Program-made: the position numbers and the translations under genes
The notes under the pieces: generated by a model
What the model saw: only the letters and a program-made list of their open reading frames with translations
Database searches by the model: none
What the model was told of the DNA's origin: nothing
Part shown: positions 27,784-36,555 of the stretch, in pieces
How the letters are laid out: the number at the start of each line of letters is the position of its first letter
Position numbering within the stretch: the stretch's first letter is position 1
Assembly: GCA_910584475.1 (NCBI GenBank)
Contig: CAJUBD010000009.1
Span: forward strand, 8,866 to 72,865
Reading direction: 5' to 3'
Length of the DNA: 64,000 nucleotides
DNA from: an uncultured Treponema sp.
GTDB lineage: Bacteria; Spirochaetota; Spirochaetia; Treponematales; Treponemataceae

Positions 27784-28350
27784 TTACCTTTCCAAGTCGC
27801 TGTAATATTCCAGATTTTTTACGGAGACAATTCCAGACCTTGAACAAAGCCGTCTATGGTATTGGTATGAATTCAACAGTTCTTCCAGTTCCTTGTTCGG
27901 TCTATTTATGCGAATGCAAGGCAGCATAAGCTCATCAAGCACATTTGCCACATTTTCCGAAGGAATCTCCTCGACTACGGTCGGCTGTGAAACTTGCGCC
28001 GTCCTCGTTACCTTTATCCACGAAAGAAACGCTAAGTATTTTATTTCCTTTTCTGTCCGCGTCTTCTTTTTTTCAGCAAAGCACAAAAGCTGCAAATATG
28101 GAACGCAGTTTTCTCCTTTCACTTCAATGACAAGTTCCCGAACCAAGCCCAAAAAGAAAGTGAAGAAAAATCCGCGCCTATTGTGAACAATCTTGTTCCA
28201 CATTTCAAGCAAAAAATCGCAGACGGCAGTAACATCGCCCGCTTCGCAATTTCCGATGCAGAATCTTATCCGATAAAGTTCCAAGTCCATTTTTTTGACG
28301 AGCCGTTTGATTGCGTCTTTTTCCTTTTTGCAGAACGTCCTGCGCACCAT
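27784..28350 (-). CDS. Hypothetical protein resembling a degenerate rolling-circle Rep (HUH) fold
   Basis: First gene of the relaxase operon, with a GGAGG RBS. LGLVRELVIE...PYLQLL parallels the Rep_1 pattern G..R.LEVT...HPHxHxL. Confidence 0.4.
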   Translation of the reverse strand: MVRRTFCKKEKDAIKRLVKKMDLELYRIRFCIGNCEAGDVTAVCDFLLEMWNKIVHNRRGFFFTFFLGLVRELVIEVKGENCVPYLQLLCFAEKKKTRTEKEIKYLAFLSWIKVTRTAQVSQPTVVEEIPSENVANVLDELMLPCIRINRPNKELEELLNSYQYHRRLCSRSGIVSVKNLEYYSDLER

Positions 28351-28377
28351 TCCCTCCAAAACACTATTGTATGTAAA

Positions 28378-28406
28378 ATTATAAATTACAATATATCTTG
28401 CGTCAA
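28378..28406 (-). promoter_or_regulatory. sigma70 promoter of the relaxase operon
   Basis: TTGACG-17 nt-TATAAT. Confidence 0.75.
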
Positions 28407-28460
28407 TATATAAATATTGATTTTGCTAAATTATTATAACACTTTTTTGCACAAATTTTT

Positions 28461-28596
28461 TGTCCTACGAGCATATAAAGAAAGAAATTGCAATCGTACA
28501 ACACGATGACTGACTGACCTACACGCAATTCCATTTTGAATAACGAATTGCAAGCATTCGTAGGACATTCCTTTATCTTGCCGAATAGGTCAGTCA
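28461..28596 (+). other. Candidate oriT
   Basis: TATCTTG^C (28574-28581) matches the MOBP nic consensus YAWCYTG^Y. Inverted repeats at 28461-70/28558-67 and 28511-21/28586-96. Lies upstream of the relaxase operon. Confidence 0.65.
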
Positions 28597-28812
28597 TTTT
28601 TTTTTCTTACTTTATTTTGATTCCAGCGATTTCTTTAAAATGCGGATTTTTCCAGTAATTTATTCAATGGCATAAGTTAGCGTTTTTTTCGAAGAAAAAG
28701 CGAATGTGCGCCCGTCTTTTTTGAAATGGCGGGCTTCATTTAAAATCCGCTTGACATAAATTTATTTTTTTGCAAAATGAATATTGTGTTTGTCTGCCCA
28801 AAAGGAGACACA

Positions 28813-30876
28813 ATGCTTATACTTACTGAAAAGCCGAGCGTTGCGAGGGACTTTGCCTCAGCGCTCGGATGCAAGTTCCGCGCAGGCTTTTATTATGGCG
28901 AAGCCGCGGAAATCACGAACTGTGTCGGACATCTGTTCCGACTTCAGAATCCCGAATTCTATGACGCGAAGTTCAAGTCATGGAGCGAGATTCCAATCAT
29001 ACCGAATGAATTTGGATATGAGAAGAATGCCGAAACGGAAGAACAGGCGGAACTTGTAAAGGGGCTGCTGAAAAAACATCGCCACGACTCCATTCTGATT
29101 GCGACAGACGCTGATCGCGAAGGAGAAATAATCGCCCGTGAATGCCTTATGGAAAGCGGAATCACGGACTTTTCGCGGATAAGGCGTTTCTGGGTTTCAC
29201 AGGCGCTCACGCCCGAAGTAATCCGCGAAGGAATCAAAAACGCACGACCGCTCTCTGAATACAATTCTCTTGCGGAAAACGGCTTCGCCCGCCAGCACTC
29301 TGACTGGCTTGTCGGAATAAATTTCACACGATACATAACGGTCGCGGCGAACAGAAAACTCACTGTAGGTCGCGTCCAAACCGCCATTCTCTCGGCAATC
29401 GAGCAACGTTGCCACAAAATCGCCAACTTCAAAAGCGAAAAGTATTTCGAGCATTATGCGGACTTCGCGCCCGAAACCGATTCCGCCAAGAACAATTCTT
29501 TTAGAGGTATTTATTTCGATGATGAAGGCAAGACTTCTTTTTCCGACAATTCACATGAAGCGTTGTTGAAATCCGACATCGGAAAGCAAATCACAGTAGC
29601 GGAAGAAAAGTCCGAGAAGAGGGAAATTCTGGCTCCACAACTGTACAACCTTAACGCCGCCCAAAAGGATGCCTTCAAGTTTTATGGTTTCTCCGCAGAC
29701 AAGACATTGAAGGTCATCCAAAGCCTATATGAAGAGCACAAGTGCGTATCCTATCCGAGAACGCCATCGCGCGTAATGGGAAGCGGAAATGTGGAATTGT
29801 GCAAGAAAATCTGGAGGGAACTGTCTGCCTCGTACGCAAGGTTTTCTGAAATCGAGCCAATTTCAGACATATCTGTTTCAAACCGGCGCGTATTCAATGA
29901 CGCGAAACTCGAGGCACACCACGCCTTAATTCCACTCAAGGGAATTCCGCCCAGCGCGAGCGACGACGAACGAAAAATATATGCCTTGATATTGAACCGT
30001 TTCATGCTTGCCTTCGCATATCCCTGCGTCTACGAAAGGCGAAGCCTCGTCCTTTCCGTAGGCGGACACAAATACAAGGTGATTGGAAAAAAGACTCTCG
30101 ATGCGGGATGGAAATATTTCGATGGTGAATCATCAAAGAAAGAAACTGATTCCGATGAAAGCGAAGAATGCGAGCAGAATTTTGACGGCATAGATTGGAA
30201 CTCTGTAAAGATTTCCAAAATCGAAACGAAAGAAAAATGGACCAAGCCTCCGAAGCATTTCGACGAGGCGAGCATAATCGCCTTTATGGAAAATCCGAAA
30301 GCGGAAAGCGAGGTTATTGGAAAATTGGTCGGACTTGGAACACAGGCAACGCGGCACACTTTCATTCCTAAACTGAAGTCATGCGGTTACATAGAACTGG
30401 AAAAAAATAACATTCTGATAACGCCGCTCGGAAAAGCTCTGTTGAACGCGGTTCGCGCCTCGCCGATAAAAACTATAGCAGATGTATCGGAAACCACAAG
30501 TTGGGAAAAAGACCTCGAAGAAAATCCTTCCAATTTCGAGATGAAGATTCGCGATTTTGTGCGACAGGCTGTATCAAGAAAAATCGCCATCGAAATTCCG
30601 CGCTGCGAAGATGAAATCGCCTGTCCGAAATGCGGAAATGCAATGCGACTGGGAAACAGGAATTGGTATTGCGCCGGCTACAGGGACGGTTGTGACTTCA
30701 AGATTTGGGAAACTGTGGCTGGAACGAAAATTTCCGAAAGGGACGTATCCGCGCTGTGTTCAGGAAAGAAAACCGTGACGAAAAAATTCACCAGCAAGGG
30801 AGGAAAGGAATTCAAGGCGAGACTCTTCTTGAACGAGGGTCTTGAGCTGAAGTTCGACTTCGACAAAAAAAAGTAG
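28813..30876 (+). CDS. topB: Type IA DNA topoisomerase (TopB/topoisomerase III, element-borne)
   Basis: TEKPSVA, ATDADREGE, GRVQTA, SYPRT (catalytic Tyr) and a C-terminal Cys4 ribbon. AAGGAG RBS. Confidence 0.93.
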   Translation: MLILTEKPSVARDFASALGCKFRAGFYYGEAAEITNCVGHLFRLQNPEFYDAKFKSWSEIPIIPNEFGYEKNAETEEQAELVKGLLKKHRHDSILIATDADREGEIIARECLMESGITDFSRIRRFWVSQALTPEVIREGIKNARPLSEYNSLAENGFARQHSDWLVGINFTRYITVAANRKLTVGRVQTAILSAIEQRCHKIANFKSEKYFEHYADFAPETDSAKNNSFRGIYFDDEGKTSFSDNSHEALLKSDIGKQITVAEEKSEKREILAPQLYNLNAAQKDAFKFYGFSADKTLKVIQSLYEEHKCVSYPRTPSRVMGSGNVELCKKIWRELSASYARFSEIEPISDISVSNRRVFNDAKLEAHHALIPLKGIPPSASDDERKIYALILNRFMLAFAYPCVYERRSLVLSVGGHKYKVIGKKTLDAGWKYFDGESSKKETDSDESEECEQNFDGIDWNSVKISKIETKEKWTKPPKHFDEASIIAFMENPKAESEVIGKLVGLGTQATRHTFIPKLKSCGYIELEKNNILITPLGKALLNAVRASPIKTIADVSETTSWEKDLEENPSNFEMKIRDFVRQAVSRKIAIEIPRCEDEIACPKCGNAMRLGNRNWYCAGYRDGCDFKIWETVAGTKISERDVSALCSGKKTVTKKFTSKGGKEFKARLFLNEGLELKFDFDKKK

Positions 30877-30908
30877 CAACATTGCCACATTTTTGGAAGA
30901 TTATGTTT

Positions 30909-30939
30909 GCCGGCAGAAAAAATTCTGTCGGCTTTTTTT
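30909..30939 (+). terminator. Rho-independent terminator after topB
   Basis: GCCGGCAGAA-aaaa-TTCTGTCGGC-T7. Confidence 0.75.
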
Positions 30940-30995
30940 CACGGGAAACTCGCCATACGGAGTCTTTCGCGAATCAGAATTATTAGGATACGAAA

Positions 30996-32267
30996 ATGAA
31001 AATCAAACTCAGTCAAAGACAGAAACATAGGAAATGCGTTCTGAAGAAGTTGCTCGCTGGCAAATGCACGAACAGGGAGGCGGCCATTGAACTCGACTTG
31101 TGCAAGGATTACATAAGGACATTGAAGCGCAAGTACAAGAAATACGGCGACCGCATCCTTGTACACGGAAATTCAGGAAGAAAGCCAGCCACCACTCTGA
31201 GAGAATCGGAAATAGCGAGAATCCTTGAAATAAAGGAAATGACAAATGTGGGCGGAAAAAAGATATACGACAGGATAACATTCGCGCATTTCACAAGAAA
31301 ACTTGCCGAGAACTACGGAATCAAGCACGACCACAATACTATCGGGAAAATTCTCAAAGAGCATGGATACAAGTCCATTCAAAGACATCGAAGCAAGAGA
31401 GCGACGGCCGTCCATGAAAGTCGTCCGAGAAAGGAAAGGATGGGGACGCTCCTTCAAGGCGACGGAACTCCGTTCGACTGGTTCGGCGACGGAAATTTAT
31501 ACTGCCTGCAGGGATTCGTTGACGATGCGACAAAGATTCCGACCGGTCTTTATGTGACGAAAAACGAGTGCTCGTTCGGCTATTATGAAGCCTTGCGGCA
31601 GACGCTCACAAAATACGGAAAGCCCAAAGCTCTTTATGTAGACGGACTGAGCGTCTTCTTTGAAAGCCGCGAACCGACAATCGACGAGCAGCTTGCCGGG
31701 ATAAGACCGAAAACCCAATTCGCCGAGGCGATGGAAGAGCTTGGTGTGGAACTGATTCACGCTCACACTCCAGAGGGCAAGGGCAGGGTCGAGAGGTTCT
31801 GGACTACTGCGCAGCAGATACTCCCCGTTGAAATAAAGGAGCGGAACATAACGACCGTCGAAGAGTTGAACGCCTACCTTCCAGAATTCATCGAATATTA
31901 TTCGCGGCATTTTTCCGAAAGTGCGCAGGGCTTTGACTGGCGACCGCTCGAGGACTGCGAGAAAAACATCCTCGCGAAAATCCTAAGCGTCAAGGTAGAG
32001 CGCACTACCGATAACGGCTGCGTTTTCTCATTGAAAAATTATCTGTTCAAGGCTCATGGCGCTCCGAGACAGAGAATTATGGTTCACCTCTCGGTTCAGG
32101 ACGGAATATACGGCGTTACCAAAAAAGGAAAGCGGGTGGAAATCGAAATTTTTGACGAGGACTCTTCGGGAAATCTTATGCCGCAAGTTTGGAAAGATTT
32201 GATTGACGAATATTTCTTCAAGGACGCGAAGGCGAAATACCGCGCTCCATACCGAGAGGCGGGATAG
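30996..32267 (+). CDS. ISNCY/IS1202-like DDE transposase
   Basis: N-terminal HTH and HGNSGRKP, then LLQGDGTPFDWF, FVDDAT, YGKP..LYVD, TQF..AM.ELG and TPEGKGRVERFW. Confidence 0.9.
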   Translation: MKIKLSQRQKHRKCVLKKLLAGKCTNREAAIELDLCKDYIRTLKRKYKKYGDRILVHGNSGRKPATTLRESEIARILEIKEMTNVGGKKIYDRITFAHFTRKLAENYGIKHDHNTIGKILKEHGYKSIQRHRSKRATAVHESRPRKERMGTLLQGDGTPFDWFGDGNLYCLQGFVDDATKIPTGLYVTKNECSFGYYEALRQTLTKYGKPKALYVDGLSVFFESREPTIDEQLAGIRPKTQFAEAMEELGVELIHAHTPEGKGRVERFWTTAQQILPVEIKERNITTVEELNAYLPEFIEYYSRHFSESAQGFDWRPLEDCEKNILAKILSVKVERTTDNGCVFSLKNYLFKAHGAPRQRIMVHLSVQDGIYGVTKKGKRVEIEIFDEDSSGNLMPQVWKDLIDEYFFKDAKAKYRAPYREAG

Positions 32268-32303
32268 TTTACAACTGTCAAAAAGTACCCATAATGCAAA
32301 AAA

Positions 32304-32514
32304 GCTGATTTTTTCTCATAAAAAAACTTAAAGGGATAGCTATGCCCCATACGGTAAAAACAAATGCAAAATCTATAAACTTTATGAGGAATTTTTGCAT
32401 CATCAATACATTCCGACAATATTTTTCCAAAAAAAAGCCGCATTTTTTGTCATAGAGTTTTTTGCTTGAAAAGAAATAAAAATTTTTAGCGAATTTTTTC
32501 ATTTCCTCTTGACA
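32304..32514. repeat. Putative right transposon end: TGACA terminus plus subterminal repeats
   Basis: Ends in GCGAATTTTTTCATTTCCTCTTGACA. Related co-oriented motifs: GCTGATTTTTTCTCAT (~32304), GAGGAATTTTTGCAT (~32386) and GCCGCATTTTTTGTCAT (~32437). Confidence 0.55.
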
Positions 32515-32575
32515 GTTTTTTCGAGTGAATATCAAATCTAAATGATAAAATTCGCCCCATAGTTGGCGAAAAAAT

Positions 32576-32820
32576 TGTGGAAAATTCAGTGGAAAACTGT
32601 GGAAAAATTGTGCAAAGAATTCGTGTCAAGTACTTTATTTTTGTGCGGAGGAGACCTTCTGCGGAAATTCGCTTTTTCATACTTAATAAATCTTTATAAT
32701 ACAATGATTTATAAATGTCAATACGCGAAATTCAAAAAAGCGCCCTAAATGTCGATTTTATATGAAATTAAAATTTTTTCAAATTTCTTTGAAAAATAAT
32801 TGTGGAAAACTTGTGGAAAT
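32576..32820. promoter_or_regulatory. DnaA-box cluster
   Basis: TGTGGAAAA (= TTTTCCACA, fits TTWTNCACA) at 32576, 32598 and 32801. One-mismatch copies at 32588, 32609 and 32812. All share one orientation, in AT-rich noncoding DNA. Confidence 0.7.
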
Positions 32821-32985
32821 TCGGAGCGTAAGAAGTTAAAAATATTGCATTCTGGTTTGCCAAATTCGTGCGAGTTTTGGAACAAAACTCGAAGTTAAAT
32901 TTTGCGACAGCATTTTCGTGGCAATCTTAAACGCTCCATTTTTTAACTTGATTTTATGCGTAAAGTGTGATATTCTATAAAGATA

Positions 32986-33954
32986 ATGAAGGCTATATTG
33001 ACGAGTTTTATCCGTTTTTTGCTTTTGTGCATTGTTGGCTCCGTTGCCGGCGGATTTTTCTTTATGCTTTACAATGGTTGCGTTTCTTATGTGATTGGAA
33101 GCGGCGGCGATCTTTTTTCGCTGAAATTTTTTGTCGATGGAATTTTGCTCGCGTTTCCTGCGATGTTGTTTTTCGTGCCGATGTTTTTGATACTCCCGCT
33201 TATGAAACATGGCTTGACGGTACGATGTCTTGGACTGCTCACAATCGCCGTGCTTTCTCTTGCCGCTTGGCTCTTTGTCGTGCCGCTTTGCGCGAAAGGC
33301 GCGCTTGAAACTAACGTGCTTTTTGAAAAGCCCGCATCGCAACTTTCGCCGGGCTATTTTAGAAAAATCAATGGAAAGATATATTATTTTAGCAATGTCG
33401 ATGGAAATTATGTTTCTGGATTGAGGTTTGAGAATGGCTTTGATGCCCGAAACAGTTCATCGCAAGATGTCCAAGTTTTGAAAGACGACTATGTCGTCTT
33501 TGAGCGGGACATATACGGTTTTTCAGACCCGATTGTCGGAGAAAATCTCAAGCCGCCCGTCGTGGTTTCGGTTTTATTTTTGGGAATGTTTTCGATGGTT
33601 CGAAGCACCTTCAGCGCGTGTGCTTCAGGCATTCTGAATTGGCTTTCTTTTTCTTCAATTATGTTCGCCTTGCTTTTCGTCGGATTTTTGCTTTCACTGA
33701 GTTCATGGCGGCTTGTCAATGCTTTTTTCATAATTTTTTCCACCTTCGCCATAATCGTCTTGAATTATCTTTATTTGAATTTTTATTTCAGCCCGCTTTT
33801 GAATCAGTTTGACAACATGGGCGGCTTTTTCATTTTTTTGAAAAACAATTTTCAACTTTTTATGAACGTCGTCATAATAATTGTCCTGTGCGTTGTCGGA
33901 GTGATTTCATTTTATGTTTCTAACAAAAAAAATTTTGAAAGGTTGATAAAATGA
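32986..33954 (+). CDS. Integral membrane protein
   Basis: Multiple TM segments; overlaps the next gene by ATGA-type coupling. Confidence 0.75.
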   Translation: MKAILTSFIRFLLLCIVGSVAGGFFFMLYNGCVSYVIGSGGDLFSLKFFVDGILLAFPAMLFFVPMFLILPLMKHGLTVRCLGLLTIAVLSLAAWLFVVPLCAKGALETNVLFEKPASQLSPGYFRKINGKIYYFSNVDGNYVSGLRFENGFDARNSSSQDVQVLKDDYVVFERDIYGFSDPIVGENLKPPVVVSVLFLGMFSMVRSTFSACASGILNWLSFSSIMFALLFVGFLLSLSSWRLVNAFFIIFSTFAIIVLNYLYLNFYFSPLLNQFDNMGGFFIFLKNNFQLFMNVVIIIVLCVVGVISFYVSNKKNFERLIK

Positions 33955-35810
33955 AGAAATTTCTCGTGCCGTTTTTGTGTTATTCGCTTTTTGCTTCTTT
34001 GGTGATTTTTTGTTTTGGTTTTTTTTATCTTCCTGCGCCGCTCGTTCCGAAGGGGGCGGAACTCGCATACAAAATTTCCAATGGATTCGTTATGTTGAAC
34101 AGAATCGTTCCGTCGATTTATTTTACAGGATTTTTGTTGGGTTGCGCGCTGTCATTCGGAAACATCGCCTCAAGGCCAAGGGAAAATCTTCGCACGGAAA
34201 TTTATTCTCTGTTTAAGAAAGTGATTATTCTCGCCATCATAGTTACGCTTGTGATTTCATTGTGCTCGCTCGTCTTTTTGCCTTACGAGCGCTTGAAACA
34301 ACAAGGCATGAGAAATCTTCCGGTCGCCTTGAACGAATATGTTAAATTGGCAAGACGCTATCTCGATGCAGGGCATCCGGAGCAAGCGGAAAAATATATA
34401 CAGCGCGCAAAAGAACTTGATCCTGGCAACGAAGAAATCGAAATGCTCGCGAGAAGAACAGAATTTAAAATCAAGGAAAATGAAAGCGTGCGTTCTCAGG
34501 AAAAAGCCATCAGTTATGTGCAGGCGGATTTCAACGCGCAGAAAAGACTTCCTGTTCTCTTCAATGAAAGCAAGATGAGCGTGACCGACATGATTGAAAT
34601 GGCGCGCTCATGTTTCGCCGACAGGAATTTTTTCGACGCGCATTATTTTGCGGAAAACGCCGTTCGCCTTTGCAAAGAGGATGACGAAAATTATGAGGCG
34701 GCTAAGACTCTGGCAGACGAATCTTGGCGGGAATTGCAGTCGGCGCAGATGGAATTGAGCACTGACGGAAATATGTTTTTTAGGAAGAAGCTCGACGGCT
34801 ACCGTTCGCTCATGTCGGGCGATGTGGTAGGAGCCTATTATATTTTCCATGGGCTTTCTCAAGAAGACGCTCGCAAAGAACGAGATCCCGATGTCGTGCG
34901 TTATCTTGAGCTTTCGGAAAAAATGCTTCTCGATACATATTTTTTCATTGATGAAACCGATGATTTGATTGCATTTGAATCTGCCAAAAATATTTATTTT
35001 ACTGTCCAGCAGGGACACGGAAATTATGACATTGTTTTGATCCGAGCCATAACGGATGTGGCGGGTACGGATTCGCTTGTTCGATATTTGCGCGATTTGA
35101 GAATTTATTCTTTCGATTCCAGCGGAAAACTTTTGCGTTTGATTCAGACTCCTTATGCGAAAATGTGCGCTGTCCAAACATCGAATTTGGATGAGGCATC
35201 GCGGCAAAATGTTTCTTCGGTTGTTCCTTCTGCAAAAATAGTTCCGCAAATAATGCTTTGCTCTTTGGGACGCGCTTCCGACAAGGAGAAAAATCTTCCG
35301 CGATATTATTTTCCAGACGATATTAGAAAAAGCATTTCAAGCGACAAGCACAGGCCTGAAAAAATTTATTGGCCGATGCCATACAGCGCTTTTTCTGCCA
35401 TCGTAAATTCCTTTTTCGAATCGTATTGGATAAATCCATTCGGAGAAAACGGATTTGTGAGCGACGCTGCCGACTATGGATTTTCGGAGGAAGTTTTCTC
35501 GTTTAAAATATTGAATGAAATTTTTTATCCTTTTATGATTCTAGTATTTTTGGTGTTCATCGCCATCATCGCTTGGAACTACAAGCTGCCATCCGGCGCA
35601 ATTTTCAAATTCAAATGGATTTTCATTCTGCCGATGCTGAACGTGGTTTTCTATTTTGTTTGCCGCGCGGTGGAATATTTTATGCATGTCATCAATTTCA
35701 TTTTTATAGTGATGGCAGGAGCGCGTATTTCGTTTTTCGCAGGATTGTTTTTTTATATAGTTCTTCTTGGCGTCATAATCACAATTTTTTTGACACGCAG
35801 AGCGGAATGA
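33951..35810 (+). CDS. Membrane protein with TPR-like periplasmic region
   Basis: N- and C-terminal TMs; LARRYLDAG...A..Y..RA.ELDPGN is TPR-like. Confidence 0.75.
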   Translation: MKKFLVPFLCYSLFASLVIFCFGFFYLPAPLVPKGAELAYKISNGFVMLNRIVPSIYFTGFLLGCALSFGNIASRPRENLRTEIYSLFKKVIILAIIVTLVISLCSLVFLPYERLKQQGMRNLPVALNEYVKLARRYLDAGHPEQAEKYIQRAKELDPGNEEIEMLARRTEFKIKENESVRSQEKAISYVQADFNAQKRLPVLFNESKMSVTDMIEMARSCFADRNFFDAHYFAENAVRLCKEDDENYEAAKTLADESWRELQSAQMELSTDGNMFFRKKLDGYRSLMSGDVVGAYYIFHGLSQEDARKERDPDVVRYLELSEKMLLDTYFFIDETDDLIAFESAKNIYFTVQQGHGNYDIVLIRAITDVAGTDSLVRYLRDLRIYSFDSSGKLLRLIQTPYAKMCAVQTSNLDEASRQNVSSVVPSAKIVPQIMLCSLGRASDKEKNLPRYYFPDDIRKSISSDKHRPEKIYWPMPYSAFSAIVNSFFESYWINPFGENGFVSDAADYGFSEEVFSFKILNEIFYPFMILVFLVFIAIIAWNYKLPSGAIFKFKWIFILPMLNVVFYFVCRAVEYFMHVINFIFIVMAGARISFFAGLFFYIVLLGVIITIFLTRRAE

Positions 35811-35895
35811 TTTTTTGCGGCTCGCGGAAAGTTCTCGCATAACGGCGGCAAGCTTTCTTGCCAAAATTGAAAAAGTATACTATACTGAAAGCGAT

Positions 35896-36555
35896 ATGAA
35901 TATTCGGCATTCCGTGCTTTTCATGGCAATCGCTGTATTTTTAATGAAAACGCATATAGCATGGAGTGAACCCATCGCGCAGAAATTCAAGGACTCGCTT
36001 TCTTATTATGCCTTTGGAACGGAAGCATATATTTCGTTTGCAACAGGTGAGCTTTCCGATTTCTATGGATTTTCGGGTGGGGCGGAAGTCAGTGTTGAGC
36101 GGAATTTCTTACACCAAATTACATCACATTTTACGCTTGGAACATCATTCCGGCTGTTCGCCGAGACTGCGTTTAAAAAGCGAATCGAAATCAGCACACT
36201 TTATGCGCTTGGATTTTTTAAAGGAATTTATATTCTTCTGCCTGTTTTCCCTGAAAAAATTGAAGGGCTTGCCATTTCGTTTGATGCTGGAGCGGGCTTT
36301 ACATTTACAAATGTAGCGGCGGAAAATGTCTATGAGGAAAAAATAGACCGCTATTACGCAGACTTTTCTTTTCGCCTTTCGCCTGGAGTCAGAAAGACAG
36401 TGTACGAACATGGCACGGGAATGCTTTGGCTCACGCTTGCTGTTCCAATTACTGTTCGAATTGAAGGGAGTGGCGCGAAATGTACGGCGGGACTTTCAGT
36501 GGGGATTCTTTCGGATTTTTCAAAATGGAAAATAGCGGGGGGGGGTACAAAATGA
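35896..36555 (+). CDS. Exported protein, possible beta-barrel outer membrane protein
   Basis: Signal peptide and alternating aromatic/Gly-rich strands. Confidence 0.55.
   Translation: MNIRHSVLFMAIAVFLMKTHIAWSEPIAQKFKDSLSYYAFGTEAYISFATGELSDFYGFSGGAEVSVERNFLHQITSHFTLGTSFRLFAETAFKKRIEISTLYALGFFKGIYILLPVFPEKIEGLAISFDAGAGFTFTNVAAENVYEEKIDRYYADFSFRLSPGVRKTVYEHGTGMLWLTLAVPITVRIEGSGAKCTAGLSVGILSDFSKWKIAGGGTK

Larger units (their letters stand above)
1..32514. mobile_element. Integrative conjugative element / conjugative transposon (right portion; left end outside window)
   Basis: Contiguous T4SS (trbB,C,D,E,J,L,F,G,I), VirD4 coupling protein, relaxase, oriT candidate, topB and anti-restriction-type genes, with a terminal DDE transposase. 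Housekeeping-type genes resume after ~32.9 kb. Confidence 0.85.

Noticed and set aside
30904..30925. TGT..GAAAAAATTC as the left IR of a stand-alone IS
   Set aside because: It shares a 10-mer with the right end, but the spacing differs by 2 nt, it lies inside the topB terminator hairpin and no flanking direct repeat is present. Disfavoured, not fully excluded.
32284..32311. dif/XerCD site (AGTACCCATAATGCA...)
   Set aside because: Only an XerC-like half is present; there is no TTATGTTAAAT-like XerD arm.
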